A DNA stretch of 35,515 bases from a virus. Lineage: Duplodnaviria > Caudoviricetes. The stretch covers positions 1 through 35,515 of the IMG/VR virus record IMGVR_UViG_3300017589_000281; one strand, written 5' to 3'. Made by a program: the position numbers and the translations under genes. How positions within the stretch are numbered: the first letter of the stretch is position 1; each line of letters opens with the position of its first letter. Below the pieces are notes generated by a model. The model ran no database searches and had not been told where the DNA came from. It worked only from the letters and a program-made list of their open reading frames with translations. This document shows positions 1 to 9,739 of the stretch, in pieces.

Positions 1-714
1 TTATACTATAATTGTTGAATAACCTTTTTGTTTTAACTCTTGTGCTAATCGTTCTGCATTCACTTTATCTCCAAAGGCGCCGACCTGCACTCTATGCAGA
101 CTTTGCGTTGGTGCTGGCGCTACCGGTTTAACTTGTGGGGGAACAATAGGGGCGACTGGTGCTATCCACTTAATGCCCAATACTACTAGAACTCCCTTAG
201 CAATTGCAATGCCCATTACTTTTCGCTCTGCTTCTGTGTCGATAATTTCAAGGTCTTTTTTGTTATCAATAAAAGCACACTCGACAAGAACTGCTGGCGC
301 AAGCGTTTCTCGGATAAAACCAAAGTAGTCCTGTCCATTTGACATAAGCTTTGTTTTGCAACCTCGGCTATTCTGACCGATCGCAATAACTTCTTTTTCA
401 ATTGACCTCGCAAGTGCTAGAGAAGTGCCACCTTTGTGGTAATGATAAGCCTCAAAGCCATCACCACCACCTGCGTTATTATGTATATCAACGCAAATGT
501 CAGGTTTGTATGCATTGCACTCTTTTATTTCTTCTCGCAGAGGGTCGTTTTCGTCCTTCGTGCGTGACATTAGCACTTGCACGTTATGCCTTTCCAGTTC
601 AGCCCGGCAAGCTAATGCGATTGACAAGTTTAAATCTTTCTCGTTAAATCCGTTTGCAACTGCTCCTGGGTCTGCTCCACCATGGCCAACACCTAAAAAT
701 ACTTTTTTATTCAT
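1..714 (-). CDS. Endolysin, N-acetylmuramoyl-L-alanine amidase (Amidase_3) with C-terminal SPOR-like cell-wall-binding domain
   Basis: GHGG-DPGA, E (NEKDLN), IHNNA and LVECAF zinc-amidase motifs; Pro-rich linker; RVQVGAF SPOR signature. Confidence 0.95.
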   Translation of the reverse strand: MNKKVFLGVGHGGADPGAVANGFNEKDLNLSIALACRAELERHNVQVLMSRTKDENDPLREEIKECNAYKPDICVDIHNNAGGGDGFEAYHYHKGGTSLALARSIEKEVIAIGQNSRGCKTKLMSNGQDYFGFIRETLAPAVLVECAFIDNKKDLEIIDTEAERKVMGIAIAKGVLVVLGIKWIAPVAPIVPPQVKPVAPAPTQSLHRVQVGAFGDKVNAERLAQELKQKGYSTIIV

Positions 715-716
715 TG

Positions 717-887
717 TTATTCCCCTTTCTTCGATTGCGTGCCAAAATAAAACGCAATAATTGTTGTGTAGATAACTAAAAACTTATCATCAATAACATT
801 TGTTAACGCCATAATGCTAAATACGATAGTTAGCGCTATCGTCACGATCGATTTAACTGTTAAAAGTTTGCTTAATCTGTCTTTCAT
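717..887 (-). CDS. Putative holin, 56 aa (missing from ORF track)
   Basis: Hand translation MKDRLSKLLTVKSIVTIALTIVFSIMALTNVIDDKFLVIYTTIIAFYFGTQSKKGE; two hydrophobic helices, basic termini, directly upstream of endolysin. Confidence 0.85.
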   Translation of the reverse strand: MKDRLSKLLTVKSIVTIALTIVFSIMALTNVIDDKFLVIYTTIIAFYFGTQSKKGE

Positions 888-889
888 GG

Positions 890-1108
890 TTATTCCTCTC
901 TTTCCAAATCTTTAATTCTGCAATTGATTACTTTTATTTGTTCCTCAATGACCGGTAACCGACTAGCAAAGTTATTGTGCTTGTCCACCTTGATTTCCAG
1001 TTGCTGAATGCGATAGTTAGATAGTTTATTCGCTGTCAAAATGCCGACAATAGATCCGACACTTGTGCCTCCAAACGCTATCAATGCTACTAAAACACTT
1101 TCTCCCAC
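890..1108 (-). CDS. Small membrane protein of the lysis cassette (holin/antiholin-like)
   Basis: N-terminal TM helix plus coiled coil; AGGAGG RBS before GTG; position next to holin. Confidence 0.75.
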   Translation of the reverse strand: MGESVLVALIAFGGTSVGSIVGILTANKLSNYRIQQLEIKVDKHNNFASRLPVIEEQIKVINCRIKDLEREE

Positions 1109-1130
1109 ATTTCAATCCTCCTAAATTTTA

Positions 1131-2513
1131 TTAAATATCTGTTAATGTGTAAATCAATTTCATTGTCTGACTTGCTGTTTTTGTCACAGGTGTTGTCAAG
1201 TTGTTAATTGTTGCCATATAGGGTGCTACTATTGCAGGGGCTAAGCGTGTAGTCCAAGTTGAGGATGGTCTATAAGCACTTTTCAGTAGTACAAACGGTT
1301 TAGGAACAAAGCTTGATTGCAATACGCCTTGAAAGTAACCATTGTTTGCATTCAAGCCTAAAAAGGGGCGGTTAATTGCAACATTATCTTTGATTACATA
1401 GCCATCCGTATCACTGCAAACAACGTGAACAGAACCGTTTAAGCCAAATAATTTAATCGCTTGTTTTGGAATTGTTATTTCCGTGAAGTCAGCCGTATTG
1501 CTTAAATTCATCTTGCATATTTTTAACCTGTCACTGCTTAAAAAATACAAATATCCGTCTTTTTCTGCGTAGCCATAAAACGTCGCATCCGCGCTGTAGT
1601 TTGCGTTCGGTTTTGAAAATTCTTTTATAGCGACCGTTTTTTCTATGCCTATAAATTTCACATAATAAAATTTTTCCGGATTGCCGTTATATGCGAAATA
1701 ACCACAATAGTCTATACCTGAATGCCAAATCTCGCCTGTGGCTTGGTATGACGTGCTAGGTATTGACAGAACTCTTGTTATTGCTTCTGATTTTTTTATA
1801 TCGTCATCTGTAAATTTGAATTGTGTACCTAATTTCAAAACTTTAGGAGCTTTCACATCTCTAAATTCAACTGTATTGCCATTGACCAATTTAACAAACG
1901 TATACACACCCTCTGCAAAATTCCCAACACAACGAAATTCGGAATTATAGGCGTTGAACATACCTAAATTATCGTAATCAACTTTGTTTAATTCGTTACC
2001 CCTATATCCGTTTACAGATGTTAAATACCCATATCCTCCCACCTCATACGGTGATGATAACCCACAACAACCGCCATCTCTCCCTGTGAGTGTTATTGAC
2101 CTAATCGTGCCATTTGCTTGATGTGTTGCAAAGTCGAAAACGTGGCGCCATCCGTTTGAAATTGCTCCACTTTCGGTTGGATTATAACTTCCTCTAAGTG
2201 GATTGATACCACTATATGAGTTATCCCCTGCATAGCCTATTTGCGCATCAATATCATCACAGATAATGTTGTCAACATCTTCTACGTGTTGCTTGCTCCA
2301 GAGCATTACACCACCAAGTAATGATTTTGCAACTGGTAGCTGGTTTGCTATGCCTTCCTCGAATGAAATACCGTTTGCCCCTCTGTAGCTTGCGTATAGC
2401 GGTGGCATATTCAATATATTGTTGACTGCATTGGTTACCATGTTTTCTTCTGTGCGTTCATATGTTCGCCCTGTTCTTGTATCTGTTAGCTGTATTGTGC
2501 ATTTGCCTTTCAT
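1131..2513 (-). CDS. Tail fibre / receptor-binding protein (putative)
   Basis: Last tail-module gene, 460 aa, beta-rich aromatic central region; function inferred from position. Confidence 0.65.
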   Translation of the reverse strand: MKGKCTIQLTDTRTGRTYERTEENMVTNAVNNILNMPPLYASYRGANGISFEEGIANQLPVAKSLLGGVMLWSKQHVEDVDNIICDDIDAQIGYAGDNSYSGINPLRGSYNPTESGAISNGWRHVFDFATHQANGTIRSITLTGRDGGCCGLSSPYEVGGYGYLTSVNGYRGNELNKVDYDNLGMFNAYNSEFRCVGNFAEGVYTFVKLVNGNTVEFRDVKAPKVLKLGTQFKFTDDDIKKSEAITRVLSIPSTSYQATGEIWHSGIDYCGYFAYNGNPEKFYYVKFIGIEKTVAIKEFSKPNANYSADATFYGYAEKDGYLYFLSSDRLKICKMNLSNTADFTEITIPKQAIKLFGLNGSVHVVCSDTDGYVIKDNVAINRPFLGLNANNGYFQGVLQSSFVPKPFVLLKSAYRPSSTWTTRLAPAIVAPYMATINNLTTPVTKTASQTMKLIYTLTDI

Positions 2514-2524
2514 ATCATCACTCC

Positions 2525-4522
2525 TTATATTTTGTTGAAATTCATATCAAAGCGATCTACTTTTTTACCGCCCATTAGCGTTCCAATTAGATTATCATAA
2601 ACAACTCTGATTGCTCCGTCTGCGTTATCAAATGCTTGTGAAGTGTCAAAGTCTAGTATTAATAGCTTGTGATTATTTGTATCTAGCCTTACATCATTTT
2701 GTAGCCATTGACGTGCAATGCCTCCGACCGTTCCAGTGACATATAGTGCCTCTAAGTTTTCTATGATATCGTAATCCATCAAATAGTTATCAAATTCAAT
2801 TGCAATTTGCTGATATCCTACATTGTAAATACTAGATACGATTGGCTTGTTATAGCCGATTTCAAAGCTTTCACTTGCTAGACCGCCGAACGTCAGCTTA
2901 TTTTCAAATGCAAACCCTGCAAAGCTTACTGATATACCTTGTGAGATTGGTGTTTGTGTTTCAGCCTGTCCAACGTCATTGAATCTAACGGAAATACGAT
3001 TGAAATTAATTCCCTCAAATTTTTCCTCAAGTTGAATAACACCGTTCCAGTTTGCACCGATAGTGGATAGCCCCTGTCCATTGATGGTTGCTTGTATCTG
3101 CTCTTTCGGAATAACCCCAACAACGTCAGAGGACTTGAGCATTACTTTTAATTCGTACGCAAGTGGTCCTTTGAGTTTCGGCATAGGCAAAAACAAGTGA
3201 ATTATATGATTGCCTTGTGTGACGGTCTGAAAAGGCTTTAGCCTGTGCGGTGAGCTGTTAATCAGATATGTAAACGCAAGCGTTCCACCAGCTGAAACAA
3301 CCAGGTTAATCGTTGCGTGGAATATTGGGTTAGCCTCTTTCATTGTGTCAAAATAAATGCTGATAATTTCAAGGTCATTAGCGCTGATAGTCTTGTCCTG
3401 GGCATTCTCAAAATAATACACAACGTCAACCACATTTTGCGTTTCTGATGTGTTGCTATCGATTTTCTTATCGGATTGTGATTTCACTTTTATTCGTGGG
3501 TCTTTGCCGACACCTTTAAGCTTTTGTTTGCCACGATACCGCCAATTGTTATTTGTGATAAGCCCTGTTATGCCATACGGAACAGCTCCACCAGTAAGCG
3601 TTATAAAATCCCCTAAATCATAGGCAGGGTTGCCGGTATAGTCAATGTCAAATGGGGTGTAATCAATAAAAACAACGCCATCTAGCAAGTTGTCCAGTAT
3701 TATTATTTTAAGGTTTTCAGATTGATTTCTAAGCAGAGGGTTTTCATCTAGGGCTAGAATATTTCCGTTTTCGTTTTCCTTTACCCTGGTTGTTGCCCCC
3801 ATTGAAACACCTGCATACTTAACCTTAAAATCTGATATAGCAGTTGAATAACGCTGGTCGCCGTCTATGTTGCCCACAGCAGGCATTGCGAATTGTTTGA
3901 GTATAAGTTTGCCCTGTCTATCGCACGTTGCAAAACAGCATAGTATTTGCGCTAGCCAACTGACTAAATCACGATAGGTCTGTATTTCAGAGTTTGACGG
4001 AATAGTGAAGTTAACATCCCCATTGGGCAAGCTGTCAACTTCCGTTTGTGTCATACCAAAAGTTAATCCTACTTTTTCGCAACAATAGGATAGCAGTTCA
4101 AATACTGTACCGGATGTTCCTGTTTCGATTTCCTCGTCAAGTAAAATCAAATTGCAATATGCCTTGACTATAACGCAGTCCATGCGCCTTTGCACCTCGA
4201 TAACATTGAACGCACCAAGTGGCACCCATTCATATTCAGCGCCAGTAAACAGCCCAAATTCAAGCGAAATAACAGCGTTGTCTAGCGCATATGGGTTGTC
4301 AATATTAGTGAGCGATAACCCTAATTCAGAGGCGTAAACACTGCCCAGGGAAAAGTCGTCACCACTAACGCAAGTGCTATCTACATATAAACTGTTTTGC
4401 TCAATGTCCATATCGGATATTGGAACAATTGTGCCGTTTGAAAGGGTAATACTACCACGTAAAGCAACATCTATTTCATCCGATTTGATTGCGTTTTTAT
4501 ATTCGTTACTAACTGGGTACAA
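2525..4522 (-). CDS. Tail tip (Tal-like) / minor tail protein
   Basis: 665 aa after Dit-like gene; MYPVSNEYK start and GNPAYDLGD motif typical of Firmicute siphophage tail-tip proteins. Confidence 0.8.
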   Translation of the reverse strand: MYPVSNEYKNAIKSDEIDVALRGSITLSNGTIVPISDMDIEQNSLYVDSTCVSGDDFSLGSVYASELGLSLTNIDNPYALDNAVISLEFGLFTGAEYEWVPLGAFNVIEVQRRMDCVIVKAYCNLILLDEEIETGTSGTVFELLSYCCEKVGLTFGMTQTEVDSLPNGDVNFTIPSNSEIQTYRDLVSWLAQILCCFATCDRQGKLILKQFAMPAVGNIDGDQRYSTAISDFKVKYAGVSMGATTRVKENENGNILALDENPLLRNQSENLKIIILDNLLDGVVFIDYTPFDIDYTGNPAYDLGDFITLTGGAVPYGITGLITNNNWRYRGKQKLKGVGKDPRIKVKSQSDKKIDSNTSETQNVVDVVYYFENAQDKTISANDLEIISIYFDTMKEANPIFHATINLVVSAGGTLAFTYLINSSPHRLKPFQTVTQGNHIIHLFLPMPKLKGPLAYELKVMLKSSDVVGVIPKEQIQATINGQGLSTIGANWNGVIQLEEKFEGINFNRISVRFNDVGQAETQTPISQGISVSFAGFAFENKLTFGGLASESFEIGYNKPIVSSIYNVGYQQIAIEFDNYLMDYDIIENLEALYVTGTVGGIARQWLQNDVRLDTNNHKLLILDFDTSQAFDNADGAIRVVYDNLIGTLMGGKKVDRFDMNFNKI

Positions 4523-4533
4523 TATTTCACCCC

Positions 4534-4902
4534 CTAATATTCAACTAATGATACAGATAAATCCCATCTACTGTTGTCAGGTTTACTTTCATCCAAATGC
4601 CTGGATAATGCTCCTGTTTTATCACCCGCATACATCATTGTTGTAGTGTCGCTTGATTGTGTTGGATTGAAAAAAGTCACACTGATTTGCGCTGGCGCGA
4701 GTGCATCGGTAATGGTTTTAAGCTGTGCCTTTGATATTCCAGACCAACTAACGTCTATTTTATAAAGTCCACCTCTTATGCGCGTTCGTATAAGCTTGCC
4801 CGTTTCTGTTCTTGTTGTGTTTTCACTGTCAAGGTCTGAAAGCATAACTGAGTAGCTAGCTGGATTGGGGAGCGAAACGCCCCCAATAATTATCATTGCC
4901 AT
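4534..4902 (-). CDS. Distal tail (Dit-like) protein
   Basis: 122 aa immediately after tape measure; DLDSE..RTETG and MYAGD motifs. Confidence 0.75.
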   Translation of the reverse strand: MAMIIIGGVSLPNPASYSVMLSDLDSENTTRTETGKLIRTRIRGGLYKIDVSWSGISKAQLKTITDALAPAQISVTFFNPTQSSDTTTMMYAGDKTGALSRHLDESKPDNSRWDLSVSLVEY

Positions 4903-4917
4903 TTAAACCACCTCTTT

Positions 4918-7596
4918 CTATCTACCGTTACTTCTTACTGTTCTGCGACGTTGCGCATTCACAATAATTTCATCAAGCATATTACCGTCAAGGTAAATAG
5001 GGATTACCGTATCGCCCCCAGCCATTGCCATCTGATTACCACTAATAGACACTGCAATTTTATCAGCAAGTTGAGTTATCCACCCGGTGTTGTTTTCAAG
5101 TGGCATTACTGCCTCTTTGCCAGCCTCTCCAACCATTGCGACAGTAGGGCTATCAACAATACCACCCTTTGCAAGTTTAGGAATTTGGGGAGTATTGATT
5201 GTGCCTATCCAACTGAAAGGTTTTATTCCTGCAATGCTTATATCTTTTATTTTGCTAAGTGCAAAGTTTATTCCATCAAATGGTATTTTAATAATTTTGT
5301 TAATTCCACCGATAAGTCCGTTGATGACAACTTTTAAACCGTTCAAAATTCCGTCTTTTATGCCGTCGAATATCTTACCTCCAGTGCTAAATACATTCTT
5401 AACGGCTTGCCACGCACCGGCAAAAATATTGCCGAACCATGTTGCAACACCACTAAATACATTCTTAATACCTGTCCATATTCCTGTAAAAAACCCGCCA
5501 ATTTTAGAGAACGCTGTTTTTATTCCGTCCCATGCGCCTGTAAATATATTAGTGAAGAAAGTGACAACAGCGCTAAACACCTTTTTTATGCCGTCCCAAA
5601 TCCCTGTATAGAATTTTATAGCAAAGTTCCAGTATGCTTTAATAGCCTCCCAAGCGAATTGGAACACTGCGACTATTGCGTTCCAAGCAACTTCTACTGC
5701 TGTTTTTATAGCTTCCCAAGCGCCGATAAAGAAGTTTCTAAACCCCTCACAATTGTTCCATAGTAGAATGAATGCAGCAACAAGCGCGGCAACTGCCAAA
5801 ACAATTAGCATAATAGGGTTCATTGCCATAACGAGATTTAAAGCCCCTTGCGCAATTGCTGCGAGTTTAGTAGCAACGGTTAGTACGGCAGTCTTAACTG
5901 CGCTAGCGGCTTTCACCACTGCGTCTTTGATATATAGACCTATAAGTTGCGCGGATACGACCTTGTCTTTTATTTTAGCGGCTATAACTCCAAGCGTCGC
6001 TGCTTTAAGCTTACCTAGTATGCCTATTATTCCGCCAGCATTGATTATAAACTCGCCTAGTTCTATCCCTTTCCACGCAAGGGCGAAAAGACCAACAGTA
6101 ACAACCATTGCATTAAATGCGGCTTGGTTATTGCTTATCCAATCCCCAATAGCTGATAAAGCTTTGCCCAATCCTTCAAGGGTTGATACAATTGCACCCC
6201 CTGTCCATTCTGCAATTGGCTGTAAGAAATTATCCCATAGCCAAGAAGCAAGTGGTTTAAGGGCATCAACAGCGGAGGAAAGCAAGTCAGAGGCTCCGGC
6301 TAGTGCGTCTAAAAATGCAGGCGCTAAATCTTCAATAGTCCACTTAGCTAAAGGCACAAGTATATTTTGATATGCCCAGTCAAGCCCCTCAAAAAGAGAT
6401 TTAACAATAGGGGAAACGGCGATTTTAAGTCGACCAAATGCGCTTACCAATGGCTCGAAGTTAATTGCTTTAAGCGGCGATAAATAGCTTTTGATTTTGC
6501 CGACTGACTTCTCCATTGCAGAAGTGTCTATCGACGGCATTTTATATTCTGGCATTGCTATCCCATCAAACGGACTTGAAACAGAGGCGCCCCCACCAGC
6601 AGGACCACCTGCATCGGTTTTCGGTGAGGATAGCACGTTGATTTCATCTAGACCGGATAACCCTTTAAGCGCTTTCTTTTGCTTGTCAATAGAATCGGTT
6701 GTATCGTCCGTCGCCTCGCCAAACCCTTGTTGAACCGCAATGTCGGACGGCTTAACTCCCCCTGCCAAATCCCAACCGAACAGTTTAGCCAGTGATTTTA
6801 ATGCCTGTGTTGCAGCAACAACAATATAGCCCAATCCGTTTATAATTGGCTGCAATGCTTTTGTTACGAACATACCGGCATAGCTCATTAGGTCTTTAAA
6901 CGCTTGACCCAAACGGGGCAAACTCATACCTGCGATTTGTGAAACACTACTGCCATATTGGTTTGTTGATTGCTCAAGGATAGCAAGCACCCTAATTTGC
7001 TGCTGTTGCTGATAGGTTAGGCTTTCCCAACTTGCCCCTTTTGCAATGTCCTTAAATGCCTTTGTGGTCTTAATCATTGCGATTGGTACGTGAATACCCA
7101 AGTCCTCAATAGCCTCTGTGTTGCCCAAGATACCACTGCGTATGCGCTCGTTTACGTCTTCCATTGTTCGCCCTGTTTTAGATGCTATAACAGCAGAGGA
7201 TTTCATCATTGCTATAGTGACCTTTGCGTTTTCCTGTGTGTCTTTTGTCATACCCTTGAATAAGTTGCCGTAAGTAGAGGCATATTGATACGCTGTTGTT
7301 TCAGACATACCAAATGCTTTTGCTGTGTTGTCTGCAAAATACTTGATATACTTATTGCTATCACGAAACAGCTCATTAGTACGTTGCACCGAATTCCTAA
7401 GCCCTGCATATGCCTGCATCATTTTGACTGAGGCAACACTAATCGCAGTAATTGCTGCAACCGCCGCCAAAGCACCAATTTTCAAACCGGCAAAGCTAGA
7501 TTTCATACCGTTTACGCCACTTTGCACGTTTTTCACACCTTTGTTGAACCCTGATGTATTCGCACCAATAACGACTTCTAATTTTTGTAGTGCCAA
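4918..7596 (-). CDS. Tail tape measure protein
   Basis: 892 aa, Ala/Gly-rich helical, 11/22-residue Trp/Phe-spaced repeats, C-terminal IPKLAKGGIV..GEAGKEAVMPL motif. Confidence 0.95.
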   Translation of the reverse strand: MALQKLEVVIGANTSGFNKGVKNVQSGVNGMKSSFAGLKIGALAAVAAITAISVASVKMMQAYAGLRNSVQRTNELFRDSNKYIKYFADNTAKAFGMSETTAYQYASTYGNLFKGMTKDTQENAKVTIAMMKSSAVIASKTGRTMEDVNERIRSGILGNTEAIEDLGIHVPIAMIKTTKAFKDIAKGASWESLTYQQQQQIRVLAILEQSTNQYGSSVSQIAGMSLPRLGQAFKDLMSYAGMFVTKALQPIINGLGYIVVAATQALKSLAKLFGWDLAGGVKPSDIAVQQGFGEATDDTTDSIDKQKKALKGLSGLDEINVLSSPKTDAGGPAGGGASVSSPFDGIAMPEYKMPSIDTSAMEKSVGKIKSYLSPLKAINFEPLVSAFGRLKIAVSPIVKSLFEGLDWAYQNILVPLAKWTIEDLAPAFLDALAGASDLLSSAVDALKPLASWLWDNFLQPIAEWTGGAIVSTLEGLGKALSAIGDWISNNQAAFNAMVVTVGLFALAWKGIELGEFIINAGGIIGILGKLKAATLGVIAAKIKDKVVSAQLIGLYIKDAVVKAASAVKTAVLTVATKLAAIAQGALNLVMAMNPIMLIVLAVAALVAAFILLWNNCEGFRNFFIGAWEAIKTAVEVAWNAIVAVFQFAWEAIKAYWNFAIKFYTGIWDGIKKVFSAVVTFFTNIFTGAWDGIKTAFSKIGGFFTGIWTGIKNVFSGVATWFGNIFAGAWQAVKNVFSTGGKIFDGIKDGILNGLKVVINGLIGGINKIIKIPFDGINFALSKIKDISIAGIKPFSWIGTINTPQIPKLAKGGIVDSPTVAMVGEAGKEAVMPLENNTGWITQLADKIAVSISGNQMAMAGGDTVIPIYLDGNMLDEIIVNAQRRRTVRSNGR

Positions 7597-7600
7597 TTGT

Positions 7601-7831
7601 TTACCCCCTCTCTGCCATTGCTAGGCGTTGTTCAAACTCTTCTTTGCTTATGTTTGGCGCGTTTGCTTTTTTGTTATCTTTTTGATATGCTGATAGCTTT
7701 TTGAGTTTTCCACCAAATGCCGAGCCTGTAAAAGCTGCGGTTTGCCAACACAAAGTAAAATCCCTATCCGAGTTTTCTTGCTGTGTTTTCGTATATTCTT
7801 TTACGCAAGCGTTAAGTTCCCACAGCTCCAT
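7601..7831 (-). CDS. Tail assembly chaperone, C-terminal (T) part, probably made as a -1 frameshift fusion
   Basis: Frame is open upstream to the slippery heptamer at 7930-7936; no obvious RBS of its own. Confidence 0.75.
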   Translation of the reverse strand: MELWELNACVKEYTKTQQENSDRDFTLCWQTAAFTGSAFGGKLKKLSAYQKDNKKANAPNISKEEFEQRLAMAERG

Positions 7832-7857
7832 CTGCCATAATTCAAAAGACTTAATCC

Positions 7858-8259
7858 CTATTCGGTAGGCTGTTCGGACAAGTTGCTCTGCGTCAAAACA
7901 ACTGGGAGCCCAAGCAACTCCCTGAACACGTTTTTTTGTTGTTCACCAACTGGGAATTTAGAGAGTTTATTTTCGATTTGTTCTGCTGTTCCGCTGAACA
8001 TCAGTTTTATTAATAATTCCTGTACAGACATTTGCAAGTCTGTATAATCCCAATTGTCAAGCACATCTGCTTTAAAGCCGACATCATTAACCTTATCAGC
8101 AGCAACAGAAAGTATTGAAACAAGTTCGTTTATCTCAGCGCTTTCTATCTTGCCGAAAACCTCTGTTAATGGCATTTTAAACTTGCTTTCAAGCTTGATA
8201 GCAACACCTAAAGTGGTTTTAAGTTCGTGTATTTTTCCCCCTGTTGTAATTGTCATCAT
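7858..8259 (-). CDS. Tail assembly chaperone (G-like)
   Basis: Between major tail and tape measure genes; AGGAGG RBS; contains A-AAA-AAC in frame. Confidence 0.85.
   Translation of the reverse strand: MMTITTGGKIHELKTTLGVAIKLESKFKMPLTEVFGKIESAEINELVSILSVAADKVNDVGFKADVLDNWDYTDLQMSVQELLIKLMFSGTAEQIENKLSKFPVGEQQKNVFRELLGLPVVLTQSNLSEQPTE
7930..7936 (-). promoter_or_regulatory. -1 programmed ribosomal frameshift slippery site A AAA AAC
   Basis: Minus strand reads CAA CAA AAA AAC GTG; X XXY YYZ pattern in the correct phase; -1 frame open to 7601. Confidence 0.75.
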
Positions 8260-8279
8260 AATATATTCCTCCTGTTTTT

Positions 8280-8315
8280 ACGCATAAGAAAACCACCCTC
8301 GAGTGAGAGTGGCTT
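8280..8315 (-). terminator. Intrinsic terminator of zinc-ribbon moron
   Basis: AGCCACTCTC-actc-GAGGGTGGTT hairpin followed by TTCTTAT. Confidence 0.8.
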
Positions 8316-8341
8316 AATGTTTATATTTTGTTGATTAGTGG

Positions 8342-8905
8342 TTATTTTTTACCCGCCCAAAATTGGTGACCACATTTTAAACAAGTCACGCGTACTTTTT
8401 TAGCATTAATATTACCTGCTATTAACCCGATAGGGGCAATAGTCGCACCTAAGACAGCCTTTCCTATTCCAAAACCTTTTTTGTGAGCGGATAGGCTTGT
8501 ACTTTTGCATTTTGGACAATAGGCTGTGCCTTCATCATCCATTCGCTTAATGCGGTCTTTAAGTTGTTGCTTTTCCTGTGCCTTTTGGGCATTTATCTTA
8601 TTAGCATCTTCATTAACAGTTGCCCAAAAACCCTTCTTTTCGTTGGCTTGCTTTCGTAATTGGTGTTCTGCGTCTATCATTTTTTTAGCCTCTGCAAGAT
8701 TAACCCCAGTTGTGACGTGTAAATGTTTTATCGCCTCTAGTTTATTGCCACCAAACATATCATATACTTCCGAAATTTCATTATCACTTTGATTAGTATT
8801 ATCAGTAACATTAGCAGAAGATAAATCCTCACCACAGAGTTTACAAAAAACAGAATCGCCGTCAATGAACCCGCCACAGTATTTGCAAAACATAAATAAC
8901 CACAC
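8342..8905 (-). CDS. Moron: double zinc-ribbon membrane-associated protein with L7/L12-like helical segment (likely start ATG 8893)
   Basis: CKYC..CKLC at N-terminus; NKLEAIK..TGVNLAEAKKMID; CPKC..Gly-rich hydrophobic hairpin..CLKC at C-terminus; own promoter and terminator. Confidence 0.85.
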   Translation of the reverse strand: MWLFMFCKYCGGFIDGDSVFCKLCGEDLSSANVTDNTNQSDNEISEVYDMFGGNKLEAIKHLHVTTGVNLAEAKKMIDAEHQLRKQANEKKGFWATVNEDANKINAQKAQEKQQLKDRIKRMDDEGTAYCPKCKSTSLSAHKKGFGIGKAVLGATIAPIGLIAGNINAKKVRVTCLKCGHQFWAGKK

Positions 8906-8925
8906 CTTCCTATTTAGTTACTTAC

Positions 8926-8955
8926 ATATTACCACCAAAAGAGGAAATTTGTCAA
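8926..8955 (-). promoter_or_regulatory. SigmaA-type promoter of zinc-ribbon moron
   Basis: TTGACA-18 nt-TAATAT with extended -10 TG. Confidence 0.75.
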
Positions 8956-8964
8956 CATTAATTA

Positions 8965-9387
8965 CTAAGACCCAGGAACGACAGGAACAGTAAGCGTAAC
9001 TGCATTACTTCCAGCTAGTGAAATTGATATATCTGCTTTTCCATCTGCTGCGTGTTCGATTGAAAGGCTTTCAACATAGCAATCACCTTTCAAAAATGTA
9101 GTTGCATCTAGATAGAATGAACCCTCTAGCTTTGAACCGTCCTCGAACGCATCAATTAATGCTTTTTGTCCTCCAGCTGTGTCAAAGTCGGCTGTACCGT
9201 CAGCACTAGCAGACCAGTCTTTGATTGACGGGACCTTTTCTTTGTAGTCTTTCCCGAAAGAAACAACCTCAAGAATTTCTTTACTTAATTCGACTGAAAA
9301 GCTTCCCATGTGGACGATGTCAACCGCATTGGCAGCCTCGCCTTTTTTAATTGATATTTTGCCTGTTACTCCTGTGTATAAAGCCAT
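8965..9387 (-). CDS. Major tail (tube) protein, 140 aa
   Basis: True start MALYTG at 9387 with AGGAGG RBS; KDWSASADG and G-x-x-YVESLS pattern of siphophage tail tube proteins. Confidence 0.88.
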   Translation of the reverse strand: MALYTGVTGKISIKKGEAANAVDIVHMGSFSVELSKEILEVVSFGKDYKEKVPSIKDWSASADGTADFDTAGGQKALIDAFEDGSKLEGSFYLDATTFLKGDCYVESLSIEHAADGKADISISLAGSNAVTLTVPVVPGS

Positions 9388-9388
9388 A

Positions 9389-9739
9389 TTAAATCCTCCT
9401 AATTTTAAAATTAATTGTGTATTCTTGCCTTTGTGGGTTTGCATTATCGTATCCAATGTCGAGTATTGAAGCTGACTGCAAAACGCTAATATTGTTGTCT
9501 TGGTACCGATTAAGTGTGTTTGCAACGGTTTCAGCAACTGAATAAGCTTGATTTGAGGTTTTTCCTCTAATTTTAACTTGCACCGATTGAACGATATCAG
9601 TTTTATTAAAATAATGTTCTGGTGGTGCGCCTTGATACTCAAACAAACATATCACGTCATCAGGCTTAGCGGGCATAAAACCAAGAAAGACAGGTGTGTC
9701 AGTTGCAATAATAACTTTAATTTTATCTAGTATATTCAC
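9389..9739 (-). CDS. Tail terminator / minor capsid-type neck protein
   Basis: Position; VQVKIRG and YTINF motifs. Confidence 0.75.
   Translation of the reverse strand: MNILDKIKVIIATDTPVFLGFMPAKPDDVICLFEYQGAPPEHYFNKTDIVQSVQVKIRGKTSNQAYSVAETVANTLNRYQDNNISVLQSASILDIGYDNANPQRQEYTINFKIRRI

Noticed and set aside
1131-4522. Diversity-generating retroelement or invertible tail-fibre system
   Set aside because: No reverse transcriptase or invertase, and no TR/VR duplicate noticed by eye
5370-5740. Degenerate 33/66-bp periodicity
   Set aside because: Ordinary tape-measure amino-acid repeats
4951-7624. Several long plus-strand ORFs opposite the tape measure gene (similar ones lie opposite capsid, polymerase, primase and DUF2800)
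   Set aside because: Codon-shadow ORFs without RBS or recognisable motifs
9388-9642. 85-aa N-terminal extension of the major tail ORF in the track
   Set aside because: It overlaps the tail terminator gene out of frame; a strong RBS precedes ATG 9387
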